Source: a virus
Lineage: Duplodnaviria; Caudoviricetes
Virus record (IMG/VR): IMGVR_UViG_3300020473_001840
Coordinates: 1-56,062 of that record
Length of the DNA: 56,062 nucleotides
Reading direction: 5' to 3' (one strand)
How positions within the stretch are numbered: the first letter of the stretch is position 1; each line of letters opens with the position of its first letter. The notes under the pieces are model-generated. The model saw only the letters and a program-made list of their open reading frames with translations, made no database searches and had not been told where the DNA came from. This document shows, piece by piece, positions 29,989 through 42,300 of this stretch. Made by a program: the position numbers and the translations under genes.

Positions 29989-31782
29989 ATGGCCAAAAAC
30001 AACCGAAATTTACCAATTAATTATACTAATCGTGAGTTTGAATCAATACGTGCCGATTTAATGGAAATTGCGGAACGATTTTATCCCGATACATTTCAAG
30101 ATTTTAGTGAAGCATCTTTTGGCTCTTTAATGCTTGATGCTGTAGCCTACGTAGGAGATCAGTTAAACTTTTATTTAGACTATAGTGTTAATGAGTCGTT
30201 TTTAGATACGGCATATGGTCTTGATAATATTATAAGACAAGGTAGGATTTTAGGCTATAAACTTGAAGGGCGCCCATCTGCATATGGAGAAGTTGCTATT
30301 TATGCAGAGATACCGGCAGATCCTGGCTCCCTAGGACCTTCTCCCGACTACCTTCCATTGGTTAAGCGCGGCACAATGCTATCTTCAGAAGGCGGTGTTG
30401 CTTATGTGTTGACTGAAAATGTAGACTTTAGTGATCCAAAAAATCCCATAGTTGTTTCTAAAGTAAACAACATAACTGGAGAACCCACGCATTATGCAGT
30501 TAAAGCTTACGGAAATGTTGTTTCAGGGCGTTTCGGAAAAGCAGAATATATAGCTGGTGATTATGTTAAGTTTAAATCAATTAATTTAGATATCCCTAAT
30601 CTTGCTGAAATAATCTCCGTTGTTGATTCTGATGGAAATGAATATTTTGAAGTAGAGTATCTTTCACAAGACATAATTTATCAAGAAATAGCTAATAATA
30701 ATTATAAAAATGATAATGTTCCATCTATTTTGAGGCCACGCCTTGTAAATAGGAAATTTACAGTTGTAAGAACGAGTAACAATGTGAGATTACAATTTGG
30801 CTCTGGAGAAGAATCTAATACTGATATTATTGCTAAGCCACAAAAAGTTGCCGTAGATATTTTTGGAAAAGATTATGTCACAGATATGACTTTTGATCCA
30901 ACAAGGATTACTAAAGGAAGAAATTATGGGATTGTGCCGGCTAATACAACTCTTACAGTTGTTTATAGAACAGTATCCGGAATCAACAACAATAGCGCCG
31001 TTAATACTATTACTAGCGTGACTTCTCCGATCACAGAATTCAAAAATGAAGAATTATTGTCGAATTCGCAAGTTGCAGCAGTGGTGTCCTCGCTTGAATG
31101 TACAAATGAAAAACCAATGCTTGGAAATGTAACATATCCAAGCAGTGCGGAAGTTAAACAACGTGTTTATGATACGTTCCCGACGCAAAATCGAGCGGTA
31201 ACTCAAACTGATTATGAAAATCTAGTGTATAGAATGCCCGCAAAATATGGCTCTATCAAGAGATGTTCGGTTCAAAAAGATGCCGATTCTTTAAAAAGAA
31301 ATTTGAATATGTATGTTATTTCTGAAGATTCGTTCGGAAAATTAACTAAAACTAACAGCACAATCAAAAATAATTTAAAAACATGGCTAAATCATTATAG
31401 AATGATGAATGATACAATAGACATATTAGATCCATATATTATAAATTTGGGAATTGAATTCGTAATTGTAGCAGTAAATGATTCACAAAAGGGTGCCGCT
31501 ATAGAACAAAGTATGACTGTTTTAGCTCGCTCTTTAAAAAATGGATTTTATATTGGAGAGCGTTTCGATATCTCTTCTATATATGCAATATTGAAAAGAG
31601 TACCGGCGGTTTTAGATGTTGTAAAAGTAAGAGTTATTAATAAAACAGGCACCCAATACTCCAATACCGTTTTTGATATAAACAGCAACACTTCTCCTGA
31701 CGGAACACAAGTAATTTGTCCAAAAAATGCTGTTTTTGAATTTAAGTATCCTCAAACTGATATAAAAGGCAAAGTTAGATAA
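29989..31782 (+). CDS. Baseplate wedge subunit, T4 gp6 / baseplate J-like
   Basis: YTNREFESIR, DFSEASFG, AYVGDQLNFYLD, ESFLDTA, LQFGSG and QNRAVTQTDYE. Confidence 0.88.
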   Translation: MAKNNRNLPINYTNREFESIRADLMEIAERFYPDTFQDFSEASFGSLMLDAVAYVGDQLNFYLDYSVNESFLDTAYGLDNIIRQGRILGYKLEGRPSAYGEVAIYAEIPADPGSLGPSPDYLPLVKRGTMLSSEGGVAYVLTENVDFSDPKNPIVVSKVNNITGEPTHYAVKAYGNVVSGRFGKAEYIAGDYVKFKSINLDIPNLAEIISVVDSDGNEYFEVEYLSQDIIYQEIANNNYKNDNVPSILRPRLVNRKFTVVRTSNNVRLQFGSGEESNTDIIAKPQKVAVDIFGKDYVTDMTFDPTRITKGRNYGIVPANTTLTVVYRTVSGINNNSAVNTITSVTSPITEFKNEELLSNSQVAAVVSSLECTNEKPMLGNVTYPSSAEVKQRVYDTFPTQNRAVTQTDYENLVYRMPAKYGSIKRCSVQKDADSLKRNLNMYVISEDSFGKLTKTNSTIKNNLKTWLNHYRMMNDTIDILDPYIINLGIEFVIVAVNDSQKGAAIEQSMTVLARSLKNGFYIGERFDISSIYAILKRVPAVLDVVKVRVINKTGTQYSNTVFDINSNTSPDGTQVICPKNAVFEFKYPQTDIKGKVR

Positions 31783-33353
31783 TGCTACGCAGATATACGG
31801 CTAGCGCCGATAATACGATTGTAAACGCTTACCAGCCTAATCTTACTACGCGCGGAACAGGTTCAAACATGGGGCGCGCTGATATTATAGAAGTGTTTTC
31901 TATTTACGGCCGTGTTACGACAAGTTCTCAAGAATTGTCGCGCGCACTTATTAAATTTCCAATAACCACTATTAGTTCAGATCGGACATCTGGGAAAATT
32001 CCAGCCAGTGGCACCGTTAGCTTTTATATGAAGGTATACAATGCTCCTCACGCTAGAACGACGCCGGTTGATTATAAACTTGTTGCTGCAGCCGTTACAA
32101 AAGAATGGCAGGAAGGAGATGGTTTAGATCTTGAAGGGTATAAAGATCTTGTACAAGGAAATATAGGCTCTGATTGGATTCAGGCCCGCGAAGGAACTAA
32201 CTGGACTAGTGTTGGAGGCGATTTCAAGGGCCATGGCGACACGAGTGGGGAGTATGTGTATGAACAATCGTTCCCGCAGGGAACTGAAGACATGGAAATT
32301 AATATTACTCCCATGGTCGAGCACTGGATTGCTGGAGATATTAGCAACTATGGCGTAATCATAAAACTATCAGGCAGTTATGAAGCCCGAGCTTCAGCCG
32401 CATATGTAACAGAAGATTCTAGTGTAGCATTGAACACCACGGGCGCAACGAAATCATATTATACAAAAAGATTTTTTGGAAAAGGTAGTCAATTTTTCTT
32501 TAAAAGACCTGTTATTGAAGCGCGCTGGGATTCTACTACTAAAGATGATCGAGGTAATTTCTATTTTAGCAGCTCTCGGGCGCCCTCCGCAGACAATTTA
32601 AATAAAATTTATTTTTACAATATGATCCGCGGAAGATTAAGAAATATTCCTGGAATCGGAACCACATACGGAACAGCAGACTCTACTGTAAGAATCAGTC
32701 TTTTCTCAGGCTCTAAAGACAATTCTAGACCATCAGGCTCGGCGCTTACGATGTGTAATTCGGTCACTGTGGTAACTGGTGGCTGGGTGTCGACTGGAAT
32801 ATATTCATGTTCTATTTGCATTGCGTCCTCGTCTACCTCTCCTCTATATGACGTGTGGTTTTCAGGAAGCAATGCAATAGCAAATGCCGCAACAAGTACA
32901 AAGCAATATTTTACAGGTACCATTCAGCCATTGACATATGATACTGGAATCAGCACAGCCGATGAGGTTTATAGATTGGCGGTTACCAACTTACAGCCGC
33001 GATATTTAGCCAAAGATACGGTAAGATTAAATCTTTTTGTAAGAGAAAAATATTGGAAACCAACCATTTATACCGTAGCGAATTCTCAAGTAGAGTCACA
33101 AACAGTAGTTAGTGCATCCTATAGAGTTTACAGGCTTTTAGACGGCTATGAGGCGATAACTTACGGCACAGGTAGCGATTATCATACTGGTTTATCGTAT
33201 GATGTATCTGGTAACTACCTTGACTTAGATATGAGTTTACTAGAATCTGGCTACGCTTATGGATTAAAATTTGCTTTTTATGACGACCGAAACGCTTCGT
33301 GGCAAGAACAACAAGAAGTATTTAAGTTTAGAGTAGAAGATTATGAGTATTAA
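31782..33353 (+). CDS. Virion structural protein with DNRLRE-like N-terminal domain
   Basis: ADNTI..YQPN..NMG..EV..SRALIKF pattern. Ser/Thr/Gly-rich and beta-rich; follows gp6. Confidence 0.55.
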   Translation: MLRRYTASADNTIVNAYQPNLTTRGTGSNMGRADIIEVFSIYGRVTTSSQELSRALIKFPITTISSDRTSGKIPASGTVSFYMKVYNAPHARTTPVDYKLVAAAVTKEWQEGDGLDLEGYKDLVQGNIGSDWIQAREGTNWTSVGGDFKGHGDTSGEYVYEQSFPQGTEDMEINITPMVEHWIAGDISNYGVIIKLSGSYEARASAAYVTEDSSVALNTTGATKSYYTKRFFGKGSQFFFKRPVIEARWDSTTKDDRGNFYFSSSRAPSADNLNKIYFYNMIRGRLRNIPGIGTTYGTADSTVRISLFSGSKDNSRPSGSALTMCNSVTVVTGGWVSTGIYSCSICIASSSTSPLYDVWFSGSNAIANAATSTKQYFTGTIQPLTYDTGISTADEVYRLAVTNLQPRYLAKDTVRLNLFVREKYWKPTIYTVANSQVESQTVVSASYRVYRLLDGYEAITYGTGSDYHTGLSYDVSGNYLDLDMSLLESGYAYGLKFAFYDDRNASWQEQQEVFKFRVEDYEY

Positions 33354-36300
33354 AAAACTATTTGATTCAAATAGAAACTACAGTGGCTATGCCGACGACA
33401 AAGAAAGGTATGAATTTGTAGAATCAAAAGATAACGCAGCGCAAATTTTAAAAAAAGATTTAACATTTACGCCTCAAATAGATTATTCTGATCCGGCCAA
33501 TTTTATTAAATATAGCTCCGCTTATTTGTTTTATAAGGGTGCTTTAGATAAAATTTCTGATTACTATCCTTATGACGGATCAAGCGCTGAAAAGACTAAA
33601 TTTTATAACTCACTGCTAGAAGGCGAAAAATACATTTTCGATAGCCTTTATCCTTCTAGCACAGGTTATATTCTTTTATCAGCAGATGGATGGGGTTCTC
33701 GATCTGGCGCCGTTACGTCCGATGGCTACGGCCTTCCTTCCTCATTAGAATATATCACCTTTAAAGGCGGCCCGCTCTCCTCTTCTTCAGGGCCACTTTC
33801 GTCACAGGGCCCTAATCCCGAAAGTGATAAAATTCATCATGCGAATATTTACGATGAAAATATATATCGAACAGCTGGGCTTCCCGATAGTTATGGAAAA
33901 GGAACTAGGCTATCTAATTTAAGATCAAATTTTGATACAGGCGTTACAGTAGAATTTTGGCTAAAAAAGCCAGCTTTCACTAATACTAATACATCTAAAG
34001 AAGTAATATTAGATGTTTGGAACAATTTCGCTACTTCTAGTAATTCTTATGGACGCCTTACGATTGAGTTGACTGGAGCGGCCACAGGAAGTCCGTTTAT
34101 TTTTACTGTTCAATCGGGCACAACATCTACCGCCTTAAAACACACTACAATCGGTAACGATTTTACCACTGCCTCTATCACTGGATGGAATCATTTTGCT
34201 TTTTCGTTTTATAATACTGGAAGCAATTTTGTTGTAAAATTATATAAAAACGGCGTTTTAAACGACTTTAATACTTATAATTCTAATATTAATGAGCTTA
34301 ATTCAAAAGGCATGATGGGACGCATTGGTGCCCTTTTAACAGCGCCTTCGGGTTCTTCAGCTACGGCAGGAGCGGGTAAATTAAGCGGGTCTTTAGATGA
34401 ATTTCGTTTCTGGAAGGTTACAAGAAATTCTCAACAAATTAATAGAAATTGGTTTGATAATGTTGAGGGAGGAACCAATACAGATATTTCAAACACAACA
34501 TTAGGCGTGTATTATAAATTTAACGAAGGTATAGTGGGTTCCAGCAGTATCGATAGCATAGTTTTAGATTATGCCGGCAGAATTAGTAACGGAACGTGGA
34601 CTGGATATGATTCATATAGTAGAAATACTGGCTCTGCGATAGTTTCCTCTAGCGCTGCGATTTTCGAAAAGCAAGATCCAATTATTCGCACTCAGCATAC
34701 TCAATTTTTAAACCTTAGTTCTTCATTAATGGGAACTGGTTCTTGGTATGATCTTAATAATAATAGCGCTTTTGTTAATTATGTTCCTTCGTGGATCATA
34801 GAAGATCATGAAAATAATAGTAACGAGAATTTAAAAGTAATTTCTCATATTATGGGTTCTTATTTTGATAAACTTTATTTGTTAGCAGAGCAGATACCCA
34901 AAATCAAACAAGTAAATTACTTCACAGCGTCAGTTCCGCCAGTTCCGTTTGCTCGCCATCTTCCACAGTCATTAGGGCTATATACCCCAGATACTTTTAT
35001 AGATTCTTCAATAGTAGAAAGATTGTTAAATCGTGGAGAAACAACTTTATTTGAAGGCAATCTTCAAGATACAAAAAATGAGATTTATGTAAATCTTTAT
35101 AACAATCTTACCAATATTTTTAAATCAAAAGGGACTACCCGAGCAATAAAAAATGTATTTAGATGTTTTAACCTTGATGATTCGTTGTTGCAGTTTAGAC
35201 AATATTCTTCCAATACAACGTATGATTTAGAGAATAATTTAGTACAGAAAAACATATCTAAAAATTATTCAGATTTTAGTAAAAAACTCAATACCGGTTC
35301 TGTTGTTTATCAAGCTGTTGATTCCTCAAATGCTAATAGTAGCGGGTATATTTCAGGAAGCTATGGCTCTCCTAATGAAGTTGGCGTAGAGGACCCGTTC
35401 GGCGCAACAGTTGAAGCGTCAATAACATTTCCATTTTATATCAAAAGGCTAACTTACGATAGCCGCAATAATTTAAGTAGCTCGCTTTTTGGACTCCACA
35501 CAGTTAATACGGCCAGCGCCGCCTCCCTTAACGGAACGCTTACTACTCTCCAGAATGTTTACAGTAAACAAGACTATGCAAATTTTCAAGTATATGCAGT
35601 TCGAGACAAAAAGAAATCAAAAAATGCATATTTCTTATTGACTTCTTCTTTTTCTCCGTATCCAATTCCTGCGCTTTCTAGCAGTGTATTTTTTGATGTA
35701 TACAATAATAATAATTGGAATTTTTCAGTTAGGCTAAGACCCACAGGATACCCATTGGCTGGCTTAGTTTCTGGATCCTTAACATATACTTATGATGTAA
35801 TTTTCAAAGGAACTAACTCTGTTTTAGGCACTGTATATAATAGTTTTGAGGTATCTAGTTCTATCAGCTATGCTCTAGGTTCTAATTTCTTACGCTCACC
35901 TAAGAGAATTTATATTGGTAGCCGTCGTGAAAATATTACAGGCTCTTTGCTGGTTCCATCAGATGTTATGGTTTCCAATGTTAAATACTGGACAAAATTT
36001 CTTGATAATCAATCACTCTTACAGCACACAAAAGACCAATTCAATGCAGGAATTTCAGGCTCTTATCAAAATATTTCACCTCTACATCCTAGTGGTTCTA
36101 ATTTAGATCTTCTTAATGCAAATACTTTAGCTTTAAATTGGGATTTTGAAACAGTCACCAGTTCGAATAGTACAGGAAATTTTGTAGTAACAGATTATAG
36201 TTCAGGCTCGGCATTAATTAGAAATAATTTTAATTGGCTTGGAAAAGTAAGCGGCTATCAGCATACAGGCTATGGATATAATTTTCCTAATTCTTCTGAA

Positions 36301-39300
36301 AATGTTATAGAAAGACGGCAAATTAATAATTTTGAATTCGTTGATCCTGAGCAAGTTGTCTCGTCCGAAATGATTAACATCTTAGATCAAGATGATATGG
36401 TTTTCGATATTGAGGAAACAGTGCCTGATTATCTTTTTACACTTGAAAAAAGCATGCAAAATGCTGTTTCAGATGAAATGCTTAAATTTTTTGCAGGAGT
36501 GATTGATTTTAATAATGTTATTGGCGCGCCCGTTAATAGATATAGAGATAGATATAAAGACTTAGAAAAACTCAGAGAAGTATTTTTTAGGCGTGTTACA
36601 AAAACTAGCAATGTAGAAAAATTTATTGGATATTACAAGTGGTTTGACGATGCTATCTCGACAATTGTTGAACAATTAATACCGGCTTCTGCTGATTATA
36701 TTCCCGATGTAATGAATGTAATTGAGCCTTATGTTCTTGAGAGGAATAAATATCAAACTAAATTTCCTACTCTTGAATTTAAACAGCCTGATATTGAAGC
36801 TCCTATTTATGGCATTAACGAGCAGTTGTATAATGCACGAACTGGCCGCTCCCCTGTTTCAGCCTCGCAATGGATTTCAAAATCTAAAAGAAATCAAGCA
36901 TACGATATATTATATTGGAAAGATCGAGCTGAAAGAGACTCAACTGAGCTATCGTCAGGGAATGCCACTATCAACACTCAACGACAAACTGTACGCAGAA
37001 TTGTTGCTAGCCAGCCTTTTTTAAGTAAATCTCTCCCATTAGTTAGAACTATAGATGGAACTCGTTATCAAGTACAAGAATATCAAAGACGTAATTTCCA
37101 AAGACTTTACACATATAGTATAAAAACAGGCTCTACTATACATGGTGGTGTTAATTTTGAGCCTTCTAAAAAAATAGAATTTACGTATAACGCTCTTTAT
37201 CCAGCAGGACCAGTTGATGATGGCGACGGTGGTATGTTTATACCTCAAAATGTTCTTGTTTCGTTTATGAACGAGTTAGAAAACTTACCGGTTAACAAGG
37301 ATCCAAAGCCAGACTGGATTAAGACTAAAAGACATATAAAAGTTTATCACGGTAGAGACTATGGTGAGGGCCTCACATATAGCAATGTTAAATCTTCTAT
37401 AGCCTTTCCTTTCAATCTTTTTGATACCACTGTTAATAGTGGATTCCAGGCAATTGTTAATTCACGAATTACCGGAAATGTTACTATTACTAACTTGCAC
37501 AATGATGTCTATGGTCCACACATGGAAAAACCAATGCAAGGCCCGTTTACAAATTATGCGGTGGGTGGTCACCAATCTAGACACATAAGAATAAATACTG
37601 GCTCTGATACATATTATAACCGTCCTGAAGCATGGAAATTGTTACTTGGAACTTGTAATAATGACGCGACGACAATAGCTTATTCTGGCGCTATTGGTAT
37701 GGCTGGCGCAGATTATCCGTGGCCTGAAGCGAATGCTGTAGGCGCCCGCCCATATCCAATGACGGCTTCTCAAAAAGCGGTTTATTATCGAGATATGATT
37801 GCAAAGCGTCCTCTTAATATCAGAAATATTCGTCACACAACGGGGGCTGTTGAGAGCACTTCGGAAGCCGGCCGCGGCTTTACTGTATTAGGAAACTTTA
37901 ATCACAACTATGACGTAGTTAATACATTTGGTGCTTATTCAAATCCGCGAGCCTTTATCGAGAATCAGCCAACACTTCCGGTTAAAGCGTTCCCTCAAAG
38001 AGCGACCTCTTCTACTTCAACAAACACAATTTTAGACATTCATAGATATTCAGGAGTTGAATCTCTAGGTAGAACACTGTTTGTTCCAGATTATGCTGTA
38101 AATTATTTGCGGGGAAATATTTCTCCTCCTAACAAATCTGTAATTAGGACTAAATTTGGAGCCCCAGGCGGAATAGAAACCAGTACGCCGGCCTATACAG
38201 ACTTCCGATCGGATGAGTATTCAGTTTATAATACAATAAATTATAGAAACCTCACTGTTATCAAGCCTCAGCAGGGCCCTAGCGGAACACTGAGCACTTT
38301 TGCCGCCAACCTTCAGACGGGCTCGATCCGCGTTAATGATATCCATGGAAAACCTTTTGGACTTCGCGCTTTATTAGCTAGACATTCTGCACAATTTGGT
38401 CGCGATAGCCTGTGGATTACAGGCACTACAGCCCGAGTAGATGGCCCTGAACAAACTGCTGGTGGGCCCGGAGCAACGTACAATCAGTTCCCAAGTTTTC
38501 AAAAAGTCAATAGAAATAAAATCCGACAGATGAAGATTAATGCCGCCGGCGCATATTATACCTCTTCTATCTATGATAATGCATTTATTACACAACAAAT
38601 TCCAAAATCCACGCTTCAGTATGCATGGATTACAGCATCTTACAAAACCTTAAATGATCGTTTTGGTATCGTAAGATCTGATTTTAGAGTAAGCACGTCG
38701 GCTGGCTATAAAGATTCGATTGAATTCTTACAATCTGGAGAATTTATATCTTATAATGCTGCAGGCGTAAGAATATTTGGAAAAGACGAAAGATTTGTTG
38801 GTGGCTCTCCTCATGGTCGTACAGATTTTGTTGGACTTAATACTAATGTGCTTGATGTTCCAGTAACATCATCTAGCCTTTTGGGCAATTCGACTACTTT
38901 AACAGATTATTACAATTCTAATTTAATTGACGGCCTCAATACGGAAGGCACAGCTAGTATTTTTAATGCATTAATTTTAAATCGTCAAGGGCCATATGGC
39001 TGGCCATCGTGGAAACATTTAAGAGTCGGAGATCAAAGTAAGCTTTTAAGACTGGACAAGAGAAACAATCGAGTACGCTTCTTGTCTTCAACAGGATCTC
39101 ACGGCAGCACCGCAGAATTTGAAATGCCGCCTGTATCATTGCGAGGTCGCACGCTTCAAATGGCGATTGAAGATCCAAATGCGGCAGCGCCCCCAGGATT
39201 TGAAGAAGTAGACGCGCCAACTACTTCAACAAAAGAGGCCGGCCCCGGCGGCGCGTCGGCAATAACAGAAGGTGTAGCTGAGCGCTACGTAATGCAAGCA

Positions 39301-42300
39301 TGGAATGCGGATTTTAGTAACAATTATATTTATTTCAATCGCTCCACTTTTGATGATCAGTTTAATTTAAGCTCAGATGATAAAATAACTGCTGGAGAGC
39401 AAGCGTTACAAATCGCTACTTCTGAAAATTTTGCATTAGATTGGGTTATTTATACAGAAAATATTTTCCCATCTCAAAGAAACGAGTTTTTATCTCACTC
39501 TCGTACACGTCTTGGTTACGATAATAAATATTGGAGAAATTCTAATGCGGATCGTGTAACTTTAGGAGACACTCTCGATAACAGTTTAGATATCGACATT
39601 TCACAAAGCTCCTGGCCGCTTGATGCACCATCTGATTTTATGACAAGAACTAAGGTGCCTTTTGTAACATGGTTAGTTGTTCCGACGACAAGCTCTGCGC
39701 AACTTAAAGCTGCTCGAAATACATTAGCAAATTCAGCTTCAGCAGGAGAAATGCAAAATACCTATTCCACATACTTCACTAGTAGCAATCATATTACACG
39801 CTTAAGTCGTTTTGAGTGCGGGGGCATTTTGACTCCTGGCGTACTTTATGCTCGAAAGCAAACTATATCGACACCTACATCAGTAGTATCTCCATCAGGA
39901 ATGATCATCCCTCAAACTGGCTCTGGCAAACCTCTTCCGTTTGCTTCAACTAAGCAAATTCAAGTATTTGCCGGGGAAGCTTTATGGGAGGCTGGCTCTA
40001 AAGCTGGAATATTGGTTTCTACTACAGCCTCAGCAGCTATAGGTCGACGCGCCATCGGAAGCCCAGTTAAGTGGGTATCGCGCCCCACTCTTCCGTGGTT
40101 TAATTCCTATGAAGACTTTAACTATTTAATAAAGAAAGTCAGCGATTCAATCGAATTCGCAGTAGTGCCTGAATATAGGTATAGCGAACATGTTGAAACT
40201 TATCAGACTGTAGGCTTTTTTAATGAAGGAAATTGGGATACTTTCCACATTCCAGAAACTAATATTAGTAGTTCAGATGATACTTTTTATCTTGACTACT
40301 CTAATTCTGAATTTTTGAAAGAATTTTTAAAAGTTGAAGAATTAAGCGGATTAAAAGCTAAAGAAATCAGGTTAGTGTGCAGCGGTACCATTAGATTTAA
40401 TCCATATAAAGGTTTTTATCCGGCCCAAAGAACAATTGATATCGCAAACATGTTTTGGAAGACATATGGATATCCTGACTGGCAGACCGATCTTGGTGAT
40501 TATACAGAGTCAGGCCAGATATCTGGATCTTCACCTAAGTGCCTTTATCAGCCTTTCTTCGCACCTGGAATATTATACAATTCTATAAAATCCGGGTTAG
40601 CTGTTGATTGGCCTTTGGTTATGAATTTTGATAAAATTGATCGAGTGCAATATGGCGACTCGGTAACCGGAAAGAAAGATAACTGGGCAATAACAACTTT
40701 AACAGCGTCGATGCCGGCCCAGGGCCCTTTTTATGATTATAGAGTTCCATTTGAAGCTTTAATTCAACCCCGAGTGTATGTGGATTCTACGCAGTATGTA
40801 GATATGGACGCACATCCTTCGTGTTCTTTGGTAAATATTACGCATTCATTTAATCCAGGAGGCGGCGACGATACTTTATACACAGCTATGGTTTCTAATT
40901 TTATTGCCGAAACTATGAATTGTTTCTTAGAAAATTCTGGTCCGACTAAAATTAAATCTAATCCGTTTACAACTAAATTAATTCAAAGCGGCAGCGTGTA
41001 TGGAGCCAGACTTAAAATAAGAAGATCGATGTCTGGCTCACGAGATTACAGTTATGAATCGGGCTCTAGCAATACTGGATTCACAACGGCGCGCGCCTAC
41101 TTTAAAGATGGTGGTCGCCGCATTGTTTCCAATTCTGCCGGCACAGTGTTTAATTTCTCGCAAGACGAAAAAGGCTTTCCGATTCCGCAAGATCCAATAA
41201 GAAATTCAAAGTATCGCGAAAATTTTACAATGTATAGCCGTCCAACAGCCTTTGGTCCCCCTACGGCTGGTATTTCTGAGGGCCAAAAAACAACCATGTC
41301 GAAATATGCTACCGAGACTGTGTTTGATAGTTTTAATGGCTCTAATACCGCTTATACTCCTCCTTATTACAATGGAGAAGCTTGGTGTGATCTTATATTT
41401 AGAGCTTCTAGTTCTGTTAATGCAGCCGGCGCACAGTATACTTTAGCAGACATCATGGCCAACACAAAAGCTATTTATTGGAGAATAGATCCTGGATATG
41501 CGACTGGAAGCTTCACGACTGCAACCAATCCGCAAAAAACACACAGATACGCCACTACGCTAGTATATGACGAAACGCTCACCGATGGTAAGTGCCGCGC
41601 GCCATATACTGGACAATATATCAATCAACATTCTATGCAGTTGAGTGCTAGTATAAATATTTTTGGAAGAGACCGCGTGCAAGTTGTAGAAGACATTGAT
41701 CCAGTTCATGTTACACTGGACCCGAGTGGCGAATCAACTTACGAGCAGTGGGTCATTCAACCTAAATGGGAAACTCCCATGTTAAATTTCAGTGACTTGT
41801 CTGAGTATAGACCGCTAATTAGTTCGGAAATATCACTACCTTCAAATTATGGTCAAGCTTCTGTTCCGCGTGGAATGTGGCATCAGTTTGGAATAATAGA
41901 TTCTGATTTTAACCGCGGCATTTATCTAGAAATATCAGATATTCCGCCCACATGGCTTGAAAATCATTACGATACTTTAATAAATGATACAATTTATAAT
42001 AATTATAATGCAAAAATAAGCGGCTCTAATGTAATTCACGATATGAAATCATTAGTAGATTTAGTTGGTTTTGAAACAGCTGAGTCATCTGTTAAATTAG
42101 GCCGCATCAAAGATTCTTTGACTATTGAAGAGGCTGTTGTAGCGGTACCCTATATTGTTGAGACTATCGATCGAAGAAAAGCCGATGGAACATATGAAGC
42201 ATATGATCTTAAAAAGTTCATTAGTATTCCGGGCGTACGCGTCCTAGGTGCCACTAGTTCTCCTAGTACCACTAGGATAGGTGATTCGCTTGAAGCAGCT